DNA from: Felis catus
Taxonomy: Eukaryota
Length of the DNA: 64,000 bases
Direction of reading: 5' to 3'
Assembly (NCBI RefSeq): GCF_018350175.1
Contig: NC_058369.1
Location: forward strand, 19,346,001-19,410,000
This document shows, one piece after another, positions 1-12,589 of the stretch (its first letter is position 1; each line of letters opens with the position of its first letter). The position numbers were made by a program, and so were the translations under genes. The notes beneath the pieces were generated by a model. That model was not told the DNA's origin. It saw nothing but the letters and a program-made list of their open reading frames with translations, and searched no databases.

Positions 1-1220
1 GGTGGCACGGGGACCCGTGGGTCCCGTGGGGTGGTGGTGTTGGAAAGGGAGGGAGAGAAGGGCCAGTCCTGAGCTCCTGGGGTGGTGGGATCAGTCCAAG
101 GAGTCATCAGCTCATTTATGTGTTCACTGTAAAAAATCATCTGTTACTTCCAACCCCACATGAGCTCCCTAAGGGTAGCAGCCAATACCCACCAGGCAGC
201 AAAGGAAGAATGCCATGGTGTGGGCAAGGCAGGGCAGGGCTCAGGGTGGCCTGGAGAGATGGGGACCAGGGAGGAGGACAGACAGGTTGAGGGGGCCTGG
301 ATCATAGGCATGAACCTCCTGGTATCTGGCAGCCCAGCTGTGAATCTCTGCCATCAACAGGTATGTCAGGCCGGTCTAACCACCCTGTGCCTCAGTGGTC
401 TCATCAGTTTAAGTAGGGATAATAATCCACCTGTCCCCCAGAAGTGCCAGGCCCAGAGCTGCAGTGGCAAGGGCCTACCCGCCCCTTATTGGTCCCTGGG
501 TCCCAGCAGGCAGCTCTTGGTGCCTCTTCCGGTGTTTGGCAGAGACCACCAGGAGGCATGGCTCAGAGGCCTGAGCAGCTGTGGAGGACACATGAGCACC
601 ACCAACTGGCTTGGTCCCTGAGCGTTCCATCATCCCTGGCATGGGAGGTTCCCTGAGTTTGGGAGGAACCCTGCCTCAGTCTACCTTCTGGCTTACTGTG
701 ACCCTCTGAGATGCTGGCTTCACAGTAATGGTGCCGGTATATCCAGCCTCAGTCCAAATCACACACAGCTGCCTGAATTTGTGAGGGTTACCTGGGTTTG
801 AAACTGGGGGGCAGTGAGGCTTCCCTTCCCTCCTCCACATTCTGGGCCCTTCCACCCTCAAGAAGAGACCTATCACCAGCTTCTCACCCCTCTACTCCCT
901 CGGCACCTGGGCTCCTTCTGAGCTCTCCTGGTGGAAGAAGGGGCTTTTGTGGCTGTGACAGCCTAGTCCCCTATCCTAGGCTCACGGCCTCCTGGAAGAC
1001 AGGGAACTCTGTCCCCTTCCCGCAGTGACTCTTCCAAGTCAGCGTATTAAAGTCTAAAAAGTCCTGGAGTCAAGGGACTTCTTTGCCCTAGGGTCTCTCC
1101 AGAGTCTGGGCACATCCTTAACCACCAAGGTTAACACGAACTTTGGGGAGCATCACTTTAGAACAGCATGTCTGCCCGCGGGGGACTCCATAGCTCCTCT
1201 GGGGTGGAGTGAGAGGTTCA

Positions 1221-1547
<327 letters not shown>

Positions 1548-2732
1548 CTAGTACTCCCTGGGTGCAGGCTGGCTCACGGACTCCCTTGTCCCATCCTGCC
1601 AGACCCTCAGAGATTCCTTGGCCCCAGACCTTCTTCAGCTTGCTAAGGGGGCCCTTCCCCCACCCACAGCTGGGTTCACATAGGACAGGTGAAGCCTGCA
1701 CAGTGACCTGAGTGGTATCTCCCTGTGACATCTCTATGAGACTCCCTGTACTTTAGCCCAGGCACATCTCCTGCCCACACGATGGCAGGGGGACCCCTGG
1801 GATGTAGTAGGCCTCAGGCCCTGGAGTCAAGCCCCACTGCCACTCTACCTCCAACAAACCAGTGTCACTCCAGTGCCAAGAGGAGGCCCTCCCTAGTCAA
1901 GGGTGAACTGCCACAAGTGACAGAGTGCCTTGCCGATGTGTCATTGTCCCCAGCTTGCTCAGGGCCCAACAGGAGGTACCCCTAGCACACCTCTGCCCAC
2001 CCAGGCCCCCTACCACTGTCCCTGTCCTGGTTTCTTGAGCCCCTTCCCAGCAAGGCTCTCCAAGCCTTCTCTCCACACAAGCCTGGCCCACCCTTTGGGG
2101 CTGGTTCCTGCACTCTCCTCCATCATGGCCCCTGTGCCTGTGAGCACAGCTCTGTGTCCTTCTATCCCACACCCTGTTACCAACCACGCCTGGCACCAGA
2201 CCATGCTGATGTGTGGAGATGTGGCAGGCCAGCCAGCCCTGTCGTCTCACAATTTAGAGGAGGAAACAGGCACAAAACTGGGTAGAACCAGAGCAGGAGT
2301 AGCTGAAGTGCTTCTAGGAAGCTTAGTGCTGTGGGAATTCGGGATGTCATGGAGGGCTTCCTGAAAGAGGCATTGGTACTCTGCCACCCTCAGGGCTTGA
2401 ACCCTGGCTGCCCAGAGATTCTTATTTTGCACCTCCATGGATTCTGTCCCTCCAGGAACTCTTGGAGCTCCTGAAGATGGCCCTCTGGGGCCTCCTGTGG
2501 AGCTGAGTGCAGTGAAGTCCTGTTAATCATACTGACGACTGTTACAGTGAACTGGTCACTTACTGCATACCAAGCCTGCCACCAGGCTGGTGACACAGCA
2601 TGTGTACCTGTCACTGCTCATGTCTTCCTCAGATGAGGATACCTGGGCAGGGAGACAATGAGAAACCTTTCCAAGGTCACATAGTCTGGGTCAGGCTGGG
2701 GCTCTGAGTTTGGCCTTCACAACCACGTTTGT

Positions 2733-3422
2733 CTTGTTTTTTCTTTTTAGTTAAAAAAATGTTTATTATTTATTAAAAAAATTAAAAAAAAATTTTTTTT
2801 AACATTTATTTATTTTTGAGACAGAGAGAGACAGAGCATGAACAGGGGAGGGGCAGAGAGAGAGGGAGACACAGAATCCGAAACAGGCTCCAGGCTCTGA
2901 GCTGTCAGCACAGAGCCCGACGTGGGGCTCGAATTCACGGACCGTGAGATCATGACCTGAGCCGAAGTCGGACGCTTAACCAACCAAGCCACCCAGGCGC
3001 CCCTAAAAAATTTTTTTAATGTTAATTTATTTTTGAGACACAGAGAGACAGAGCATGAGTGGGGGAGGGGCAGAGAGAGAGGGAGACACAGAATCCAAAG
3101 CAGGTTCCAGGCTCTGAGCTGTCAGCACAGAGCCTGATGCAGGGCTCAAACTCACAAACAGTGAGATCATGACCTGAGCCAAAGTTGATGCTTAACTGAC
3201 TGAGCCACTCAGGTGCCCCTGAAAATGTTTATTTTTGAGAGAGAGACAGAGAGAGTGTGAGCAGGGGAGGGGCAGAGAGAGAGGAAGACACAGAAACCGA
3301 AGAGGCTCCAGGCTCTGAGCTGTCAGCACAGAGCCTGATGCTGGGGCTTGAACTCACAAACTATGAGTTTGTGACCTGAGCTGAAGTGGATTGTTAACCA
3401 ACCGAACCACCCAGGCGCCCCT
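2733..3422 (-). mobile_element. Cluster of three nested Can-SINEs (SINEC_Fc-like); heads end at ~3003, ~3219 and ~3421
   Basis: Three copies of the tRNA-derived head (revcomp ggggcgcctgggtggct...), CT-repeat and A-tail. Outer TSD ca(a/g)ccacgtttgt at 2720-2732 and 3423-3435. Confidence 0.93.
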
Positions 3423-5607
3423 CAGCCACGTTTGTGTTACCCAGCCCATGACCAAGGTCTGAAGGTACATTCCACGATGCCCAGTGAGGAGCAGGGCAAC
3501 TCTTGTAGAGTAGGGGCTGTGCTTTTCCATCCCTGCCCCATTCCATCCTATGGGTGGAGCAGTGGGGTCCTGCCTCCTGGCCTCCAGCGCTTACTCAGAA
3601 GGCCCTGGTCTCTTGGTATTTAGGACACATACCCCCTGTCCATTGGTCCAGGCCTGGTGTGGCACGTGGACCTCAGTGGGGGAGATTCTAACAAAGCCTG
3701 CCAGCTGCTCATGATGGGGAAATGGGGATCAGGACCCGGGAGACCAGTTTTCCTCCCTCCCAGCATGTAACAGTTGTGGTGGTGGGGTACGGCCTGCAGA
3801 GCTGTGGCCTCTGTTGTCTGGGGCAGGATTCCTCCTCTGGCAGGCTGGGCTGACCAGCGCCATCCTTACTCCCACTGGGCCTAGCTCCCCCTCTTCCTCC
3901 AGCCAAGAGCACTGGATGCTAGGAAGACTATTAGGCTGGGGGTCTTGGGGACAGGGTAGGGAAGTCCCTCTTGAAGTCAAACCCCCTCACTTTATAATGC
4001 TGAGCCCTTCCTGGACTCTGATCCCCTCTCTTGCTACCCAACCTGTCTTCTTTGTAGGCTCCATCCTCTGCCCACCTGCTCTGCGGTGCCTGCTTGGGGG
4101 GCCCCTACCCCCCTCACCCAGCTTCAGGGACCACAGGTCTCTAGACTCCTAGATACCTTCCATATCTTGCTTCCAATCCTGACCCCCTCTAAGGTCCTGG
4201 ACACCTTCCTAGGGTGACCCTCAGGCCCACTAAGCTCATACCATCTCCTCTCGGAATGAGCCCATCCGTCTTGGAATCCCTGCTGCCTATATCTCATCTG
4301 TGCTATCACTCAAACCGCCTACTGTTCATCTCCAGCCCAGGCTCTGTCCCTCCCTCAGGCTCTTGTGTCCTCTCTCGCCCTTTGTCATCTATTCTCCAAA
4401 TGTGGATCTCATCCTGAGGCTACCTCCTGCCCTGAAGCACTTTAGTAGCTTCCCATGGCTCTGCATATAAAAGGCAAGTCTTTCTTGCCTTCCCGAGGGG
4501 TGCACTTGCGCTCACTTCCATCCTGGGGCCTCTTCTCAGCCTAAACAACAAACGCCTCTACCCTGACCCCAACTCCCAGGATGGGTGAGGCCCCTGATTC
4601 ACAATCCTGCCATGTTCTTTTGTAGAGGACATTACTGTGTGACACACATGACACAACACTTGTTATTACTGTTAACTGAGCATCTACTAGGGTGCAAGCT
4701 TAGCACCTGGCCTGGACGAGAGGGTATGAGGCCTAGGGACGGCCCCTGGGGCCACACCTTGAGGGGTGAGCCTTGGGCAATCACTTCACGGCCCTTTTCC
4801 TTACCCTGTGGCCTGTGACCTTCCCAGGGACCCCAGACCTTTCTTAGAGTGAAGGGCTCCACTGAGGCCACTGCCCTTCATGGGGGATGAGGCGAGCGCA
4901 GGGTATGGGAATAACCAGAATCAGGCCTCTTGCCTCAGAAAAGCCACAGGGTTGATGGGGCTACAAACACCAAACTGCACCAGTTGAAGTCTGCAACTGG
5001 GCCACAGCCTTGAGGGGCTGTCCTCTCCTGCAGCCACCTTCCCTGCTGGCCAGGGGTGCCAGCTCCTTTACCCTCTCAGGGCTCAGCTCTGTCTCTGGGC
5101 TTCACAGGCCAGAGGAACATGGGGGCTGCAGGCCCTCTGGCTCCCTAGCTGAGCAGCCAAGGTGAGGGGGGCCTGGTGAGGGAGACCCAGGGTGGGGGGG
5201 TTGCCTAGCCCCTAGCTTCCTTGAATCCATGGAGTCCCATAGGCTCGAAGGCCCAGGTCAGCCCGCTGACTCGTGAATAACGGAGTTGCAATAGCCACGG
5301 CGAAAGGATTACTTTTAATCCTCGGTAACGATCAAGCCATTATTATTTTTTCGGTGTTACAGATCAATCAGTCCATCCCCGGGCGCTGGACGTGTGGAAA
5401 CTGCTAAACACACAGGCCTGGTGGCTCAGTAGGAAGGGCTGAGGCAGCAGAGGGCGGGGGGGGGGGGGGGGGCGGGCAGGATGGGGGCGGGGGGGCGTTG
5501 GACCAGCTCTGGCAGCTGGAGGTCCCATCAGGTCTGGGGGGGGAGAGGGGAGAGGGAAGAGGGCTAGGCCCACCCACTGGCATGCCTGCGGGGCTCCAAG
5601 CAGCCAT

Positions 5608-5745
5608 CAGAACCTGACTCCCAGAGCCTTGGAGCCCTGGCCGAGGTTCAAATCCCGGCTTCCTTGCATAAGTGGCTTCCCCGCTGGCCCTCAATTTCTT
5701 GTCTGTAAATTGGAGGAGGGAACTGTACCCACTCAGAGGGTGGGT
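5608..5745 (+). mobile_element. MIR relic
   Basis: ggttcaaatcccggct...cctcaatttcttgtctgtaaattgg MIR core; bounds approximate. Confidence 0.6.
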
Positions 5746-8700
5746 AGGTTCTTGGCAGCCCCCTTGCTCCAACCCCTAGAAGCTGCCCAGAGGGTCAAGT
5801 CCCCTGGGAGGTTTCTCTTGCTGGCTCCAAGCATGCAAGGCTCTTGCCCACCTTTGGGTCTTCCTCTGTTATCCACTCTTACTGTGTGAGACGTGCTCTA
5901 CATCATCTCCATCAGCCCTATCAGGCTGTGTCACCTCTCCTGGAAGTCTCCTTTTGCCTTCACCCAGTCCCTGGACTCCCCTCCCCTGTCAGGCACTCAG
6001 AGCCTCGTGCTCCCATCTCCACAGAGCCCACAGGAGTCAGCCCAGCTCAAGGCTGTCTGGGAGATGTACCTGCAGCCCAGCCCCACCCTGTCCTAAGGTT
6101 CATTCTCCTAGTGCATCCTTCCCACCTCTCCTGGGTCCTTATGACAAAAGGCTCTGAGTAGGCAGGGTGGGGAAGGAAACTGAGGCCCAGAGGTAAAGAC
6201 AGAACTTACCAAGATCCCTGCAGGGCAGGGGCAGAAGTGGGCCCACAGATTGGTCCCACATCCAGGCTACTGCCTGTCTGGGGGAGATATGCTCCATTCT
6301 CATCCCTCAGCCACCCACAGCCTTTGGTCTTCTGCTATTAGGCCCTTGCACATTCTAATTCCACCTTGTGCATCGTCATGCAGACTCCTCAGGGGGTTCA
6401 CTCCCTCACCATTGAGGTGTTAGTTTAGACCTCATTCTCCTAACCACTCCTTGACCCCTGCCAAGCCCCCATCTGTCCCCATCACATCTCATCTGCTTTC
6501 TTCCTTGAGTTCCGAGCTTGGTGAGGGCTGCATCTGGCAGCTGTTAAGTTTACAATAACCTGTCCCCTTGCGCACAGTAGGTGCACAATGAACGTCTGCT
6601 AACTCAAGACCAGAGTATCTCTGAACTTGGCTAGAGACCTGGGCTTGAGCCTGGCTCTGCCAGACAGCTGTGTGACCCCACATGTATGGTCCAACCTCTC
6701 CGAGCCACTTTTCCTCATCACATTGTGGAGGGTTAGGGCTGCCTATCAGGGTAATGCTGCTGCAAAGTTGCTGATGGTGGCTTGCCTGGCCTGGGATGTC
6801 CCCATCGTGGCCAAGGCGTTGGATGGAACCATGGTGGGACTGCTGAGCAGGGCTGCTCACGGCCAAGTCCATCACAATAACAGCAGGCATTTCAGAGGCA
6901 ATTAGCAGAGAGTTTCACTTAACAATCAATTTCTCTCAGCTCTGGAAACTATTCTTACAGGAAAAGGCAAAAAAGAGGAGGACTGGTGGTGTGCCGGGCT
7001 GGGGACAAAGCTCGCCTGAGGAGACACCTTCAAATTTCACTAAGTTAAACATCTTTCCGTTGCCGCAGAGCCAATGGCCACAGATGAAGGGCCTGGAGTC
7101 ATGGTGGGTGCTCCTCTGAGGCCAACAGCTGGAGGGTCCAGCCTCACTGCATGCTGGGAGGGGCGGGGCTTGGGTGAGACAGGGCTGGGGCCTCAGGCTT
7201 CTCTCTCCTCTTTCAGGGCCCACTCCTCCCCCAATTTGGGTGTGCCCCCCCCCTGCTTCTCCAGGGCATTCCTCTCAACCCAGTGTTGGCCTAGCCTGAA
7301 AGGGTCTGGGGAGCCACTGCCTATCAAACAGGATTTGTTTCATGCAGCCCAGAGGGAAAGGTTGTATGAGGTTTGGTCTTAATTAGTTAGAGCTACTCCC
7401 TCTTCCAAGAGGATACAAGAGGCTTAGGATAAAAGGCCCTGAACCCATGGGGAGTGGGATATTAAGATCTGGGCCACTGAGGGCTGAGCCCGGCAGAAGC
7501 TGTGATGGTTGGGGGTGGGTGGGGCTTTGAGATGGAGGCTGGGGGCAGCAAAGTCCTAGCACCAAGTAGATGCCCTGGAAACACTGCCAGAGGGTTGCAA
7601 GGAAGGTAATGGTGATAGATGACACCAGACATGACCCCTGGCACCTACCTTGGGCCAGGGCTTCACTGACTGTGCAGTTAATCCAATGACAGGTGGAAAA
7701 CTGGGCCTCTTCTTCACCCTCCCCATTCCATCCCTGGCAAGACACCGGAGAGGTGGATTCTTCTGTTCCCCTGCCTTTTACAGGTGAGGGCACTGAGGCT
7801 CAGAGCATTAGTGCCACTACTCCAGACCCCTGGTGAGGAAGTGGTAGAGGGGGCGTCAACCCACATTTATAAGCAGCACTGGACAGTGAGAACCTCAGGG
7901 AAGGACCAGGACTGGCCACTTGAAGGCTGCTGCTTGGGCTGTTCCCCCCGACCCCTCGCCTCCAAGAGTGATTCCTTTGTCCTTTCCTCAGGAGAGTGGA
8001 TCAGTAACTGGCCTCCCAGATGCTGCTCTGAGCCCACCCTCCAACCTTGGAGTCGCTGGGCCCAGACCCCGGGAGGGCGTAAGGACCAGGGTGTCCAACA
8101 GCCCCTGCTCAGCCCAGCACTGCCACCTCTGCCACCCTGCTTCCCTCCCTGCCTGTGGGCCCTGTATTAGCTCTGTATTGTGCACTGATAGATACTAAAT
8201 ACAGATTTCCAATTTCCAGAGCTGTTATGGTCTAATGAGTAAATAATATACATATTTAAAACTGTCTAAAAACATATCTGCATAATTAAAATATCTGCAT
8301 AATAATGAAGCAAGATGCAGCCTAGCAAGGAGGAGCCTGAGCCCCAGGGCTGACAATAGGGGTAGATGTGCAGGTGGGGTTGGGGTTCATGGCCCTGTGG
8401 GTCTCTTCCTTCCTGCTACCTTGGCCTGAGTGGGCCTTTGTCCTTCTGTCTACCATCTGCTCCAAGTGGGCACATCCACAGTCAGGAACCAGGAGATCCC
8501 AACCTGGCCCCATCCTTGCACAACTTGTGGCTTAGGGGAGGCGCACATGTGGACGGACAGTGCCTGCTGCCTGAGTGACGGCTGCCTCAATGACTCTTTG
8601 ACTGCCACCATATGCAGCATGTGATGTGCTCAGGGCTTTATAGACACAGCCTCACTCACCACGACATTCCAAGGGCAGGTTCTGTTCTGATCCCCCATTT

Positions 8701-9624
8701 TTCTGGGTTCTCAGGGGTGGAGAGAAGCACACCAGCCTGGGCAGAGCAGGCTGCCCAGGGTCCATGACTTAACAGACAGCAGTCGATTGGAAGCAGTTGC
8801 CTTCCTGTCAAGTGTACCGCTGACACTAGTGATCCCTGGGCAGGACCACACTTGGCCTTGACTTCCCATCCTCTCTACCCCTTCCCTCCCAAGTCCCTCC
8901 TTCTGTCTCTCCTGCATCTGTCCACACTGGACACACCTGGCTCCTCTCCCATGACACATCTGACCTACCCTTTCTGTATTAACCAGACTTACAGCTGAAA
9001 GATAAAAAACAACCACCAAAATAATGAAAAACAAACACTCAAACGTCAGACCAAAACTCCAGCAACCAAAGCTGCAGGGAAAATGACAAACACTCCTCCA
9101 AGCAAAGGGCGCCTCAGGGGAAAGCCGTCAGGTGAAGCCTGTGCTGTTGTTGGCAGCCAACGGGCCCCCTGACCTTTTCCCTCACCAGCTGCACACGTCC
9201 CCCATGAGTTGATAAAAAAATTAGTAAAATGGATTTTTTTTTCTTAAAAAAAAAAAAAAAAAGGTCAGAATACATGTACCAGGAAAAAACTCATTCAAGT
9301 TGTGTGTGGTTCCCCTGTGGAGGGGCACCCACCTCTCCACCCCCAGGCCTGGGCTTGCTTGCTCTCTCTGGGCATCTTGGGCTTGGTTATCGATTTCCAT
9401 GCCTCCTTGGTCCTGCCTGCAAGGGCAGCTTGTGTTTTAATTTCCCAGGAAAAACAGGAAGAAGTGAGGGGTGGCTTCTGCTAAAAACAGAGTTGGGGTT
9501 GGGGAACCTGGTGTCCCAGAGGCCTGAATTTCAGACCAGATAAGATTTTCTGGGACATCCTGGGTACCCAGGGAAGGTTGCTGTGTTGCATTTTGCCTGG
9601 GAGGATTTTTAAAAACCGGACATT

Positions 9625-9812
9625 AAAAAAATGTTTACTTATTTATTTTGAGGCAGGAGACGGGCAGAGAGAGAGGGAGAGAGAAAATCCCAAGCAGGCC
9701 CCATGCTCAGCGTGGAGCCTGACACGGGGCTCAATCTCACGACCATGAGATCACAACCTGAGCTGAAATCAAGAGTTGGATGCTTAACTGACTGAGCCAC
9801 CCAGGTGCTCCC
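9625..9812 (-). mobile_element. Can-SINE
   Basis: SINEC head, CT tract and tail; TSD aaac(c/t)ggacatt at 9613-9624 and 9814-9825. Confidence 0.92.
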
Positions 9813-12492
9813 TAAACTGGACATTTTAACATCAGGAGTAAGAGGCCATGTAGGAAGAGTAAGAAGGAAAGGAGGTGATGTGGCACTTTGGTGAGGACAT
9901 AAATTCTTCTGGCTTCACTGCTTTAGCTTTTTAAGGGAACTATAGTCAGTATAGAAGGAGTTGGGTCCAATGGATCACACGGCAGGATCCAAATGTGTCC
10001 ACTGTGAACAGGGAAAGGGGCCTCTGTGGCTGGACAGAATACTCACAGGGGCCAGCTTGAATTTACAGAGCAGCTGTCAGGAACTGGGGATGAAGCCCAC
10101 CCTCAGGAAATTTCGGCTCTGGTGGTGGGCTGCTTCAGGAGGGGACGAATGTGGCCCTGGACAGCCTTGTGCTGAGGGCAATCGGATGGGCCTGGCTCTT
10201 GGGGCCCTGCCCTGCCCAGTCACTGCTGCTGCTCTTGGGTTCCCTGACAGGCACCTGTGAGAGTTTCCCTGATGAGGAATAAGCCGAGAGACCCAACGCA
10301 CAGGTCAGAATTTGGGCTGTGGCCCCAGAGCCTAGCCATGGGCAAGCACCTTGCCCCCGAGGAGCTCATGCTGAGGGCTGGGCCATGTGGACTCCAAAGC
10401 TGAAGGGGCTCCTTCCAAGGTACTGACCCACTCAGCACAATCCCTCACGGGGCTCACATGGGTGAGAATCCACCAACCTAGCTGGCACCCCCTTAGCCTC
10501 CAGCATGAAACCTGCACATCTCCACAGGTGGATCAGTCCCTGGTGAGCCAGGTGGAATTTCTCATAAATTTTCCAGTTTTGTCAGGTTTCCTCCCTCTGA
10601 ATGATGGTCCAGTGCAATTTGCCAACATTTGTTGTTGTTGTTGTTTTTTAATGCCTTTAAAAACACTTGCAGAGAACACCAGGTGAGGATGTCAGGCCCA
10701 GGGCTGTTGGCTACTCTCCGTTAGAGGAGATGGGAGACATGTCATTTATCAATGTGCACCACAGGACATGTCACTGACTCCTTTCCCTCATCAGGCCATG
10801 TTCTGGAGACAAGCATGTATGGGCGTGGGTGTTGTGTGCATGCCTGGGTGTAACAATGGCCCTGCTACAGAAGCTGGGAGGCTGGAGCTCCTAAGGCTTG
10901 GTGGCTGGCCCAGTGCATTATTTGGGAATCATAGCCTTCATCTCTTGGGACCTGTTTCTCACCTGTATAATGGGGACCAGAATCCTGCCTGGACCCTCCC
11001 AGGGCCTTGGGGATGGGGATGGAGAACTTGGTATGGACAGAGAGCAGGACTCTGAGCAGGATGCAGACTCACTCTGGGTATCGGAGATACAGCCCCAATT
11101 CCGACATTGCCCCTTCCCTCAGCTCATCACAGGGACCTCCCGACTGCTCCACCACAACTTGGATTCTCTCTTGGGCCTTCTGACCTTGGCTTGACGTGGC
11201 TTCATTTGAAGCTCATGCCAGTGGACTTTCCCTTCCCTCAGCACCACCTCTGTCCATTGGCCCCCCCGCATCCTGCCTGGCCTCCAGCCCAACTCCGTCT
11301 CAGGGAGGAGTCGAGGGCCCATTTGCATGTCCTACTCAACCAACTCTACCCAAGCTGGGCCATCCCTTGGAAGCTGCTCCTCTCCAAAGCCCCCTACTCC
11401 CATCACCTCCCTTTTCTTCTGACCAGACCTTTCCAGAACCACCTCCAATCCAATTTCAGACTCCTACCCAAGCTGCTTAGCATAAGCTCATCCTCCCCAG
11501 GCTCCCACAACTTCAGGCCTCCCACAAAGTCCCATTGTCCCCTGCCCTTCCTGTTGTCACCCTTTACAGGGACTTGTGTGGCCTGGCCTTGCCAACCTTG
11601 TCACTTTCCCACCACAATGACCTTGAGCTCTGCTCTCTTGCCACGCTTAGGTTCCCTACCCTTGTTTGTGTTGTACCCTAGGCCTGGACTGCCCTTCCCT
11701 CCCTGTCTCCTTCACCTGCTGCTCCTCATCCTTTAGGGGTCACTGCTCATTCACCTCCTCCAGGCAGCCTCGTGCTCCTGACAGGCTGGTTTCCAGAATT
11801 CCCTGTGGTACTGCCATCACTCTTTTGTCTGATGCCCACCCCTCCCCCCATATGTGGTCTCTTAAGGGCAGGGACGTGAGTCATGGATGTGTGTGGTCCC
11901 AGTGCTGGGGGCAGGCTTCCACCTAGGTCAGTGGGGTTAGGGGTAGATCAGGAGGTGCCCTTAAGAGACCTGCTGGCTTAGAGGCCATGGATTTCTCTGG
12001 GGTGGGGAGCAGAGACCAGGCCAGAAGCAGCATTGATGACAGAGCACAGGGATTCCAGATGAGGCAGAGGTAAAGGCATGGGCAGAATGAGGCTGAGTAC
12101 AAGCCCCACTGGGCACCCCGTGCAGAGAGGTCAAGGGGTTGCCTCAGGGGTATGAACTGAAGATGTCTGCTTTCCAGGACCCTGGTCTCACTCTGGAACT
12201 CGTGAGAATGTCATCCACCAGTCTCATCCCAAGTCTGTGATGGCATGGTTTGGAAACAACAGCCACTGAGGCCTTGCCAGAGTGAGAGGCTGGGTGGTGG
12301 TGGTGACAGGCCGCTCATCTGGCCACATCAGTCAGGAGTTGGTCCCCCTGCTCTGGCCCCAGAACAGTGCATTCTCCTGACACGTTCCAACACCCTCCTC
12401 CAGGAAGCCTTCTTAGATGTCTTTACGCCCCACCACGGCTCAGGGACAGGATATGGGAGGGTAGTGGTTCCAGTGGGAAGAGGTTGATATGA

Positions 12493-12589
12493 CCTTCCCT
12501 CTTTCATGTCAATAAATGTTTATTAAGCACCTACTGTGCACCTTCTCTCTTTCATGTCAGTAATTGTTTATTAAGCACCTACCTGTGCT
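12493..12589. repeat. ~48-bp tandem duplication of an L2-tail-like sequence
   Basis: ccttccctctttcatgtcaataaatgtttattaagcacctactgtgca followed by a near-identical copy. Confidence 0.85.
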
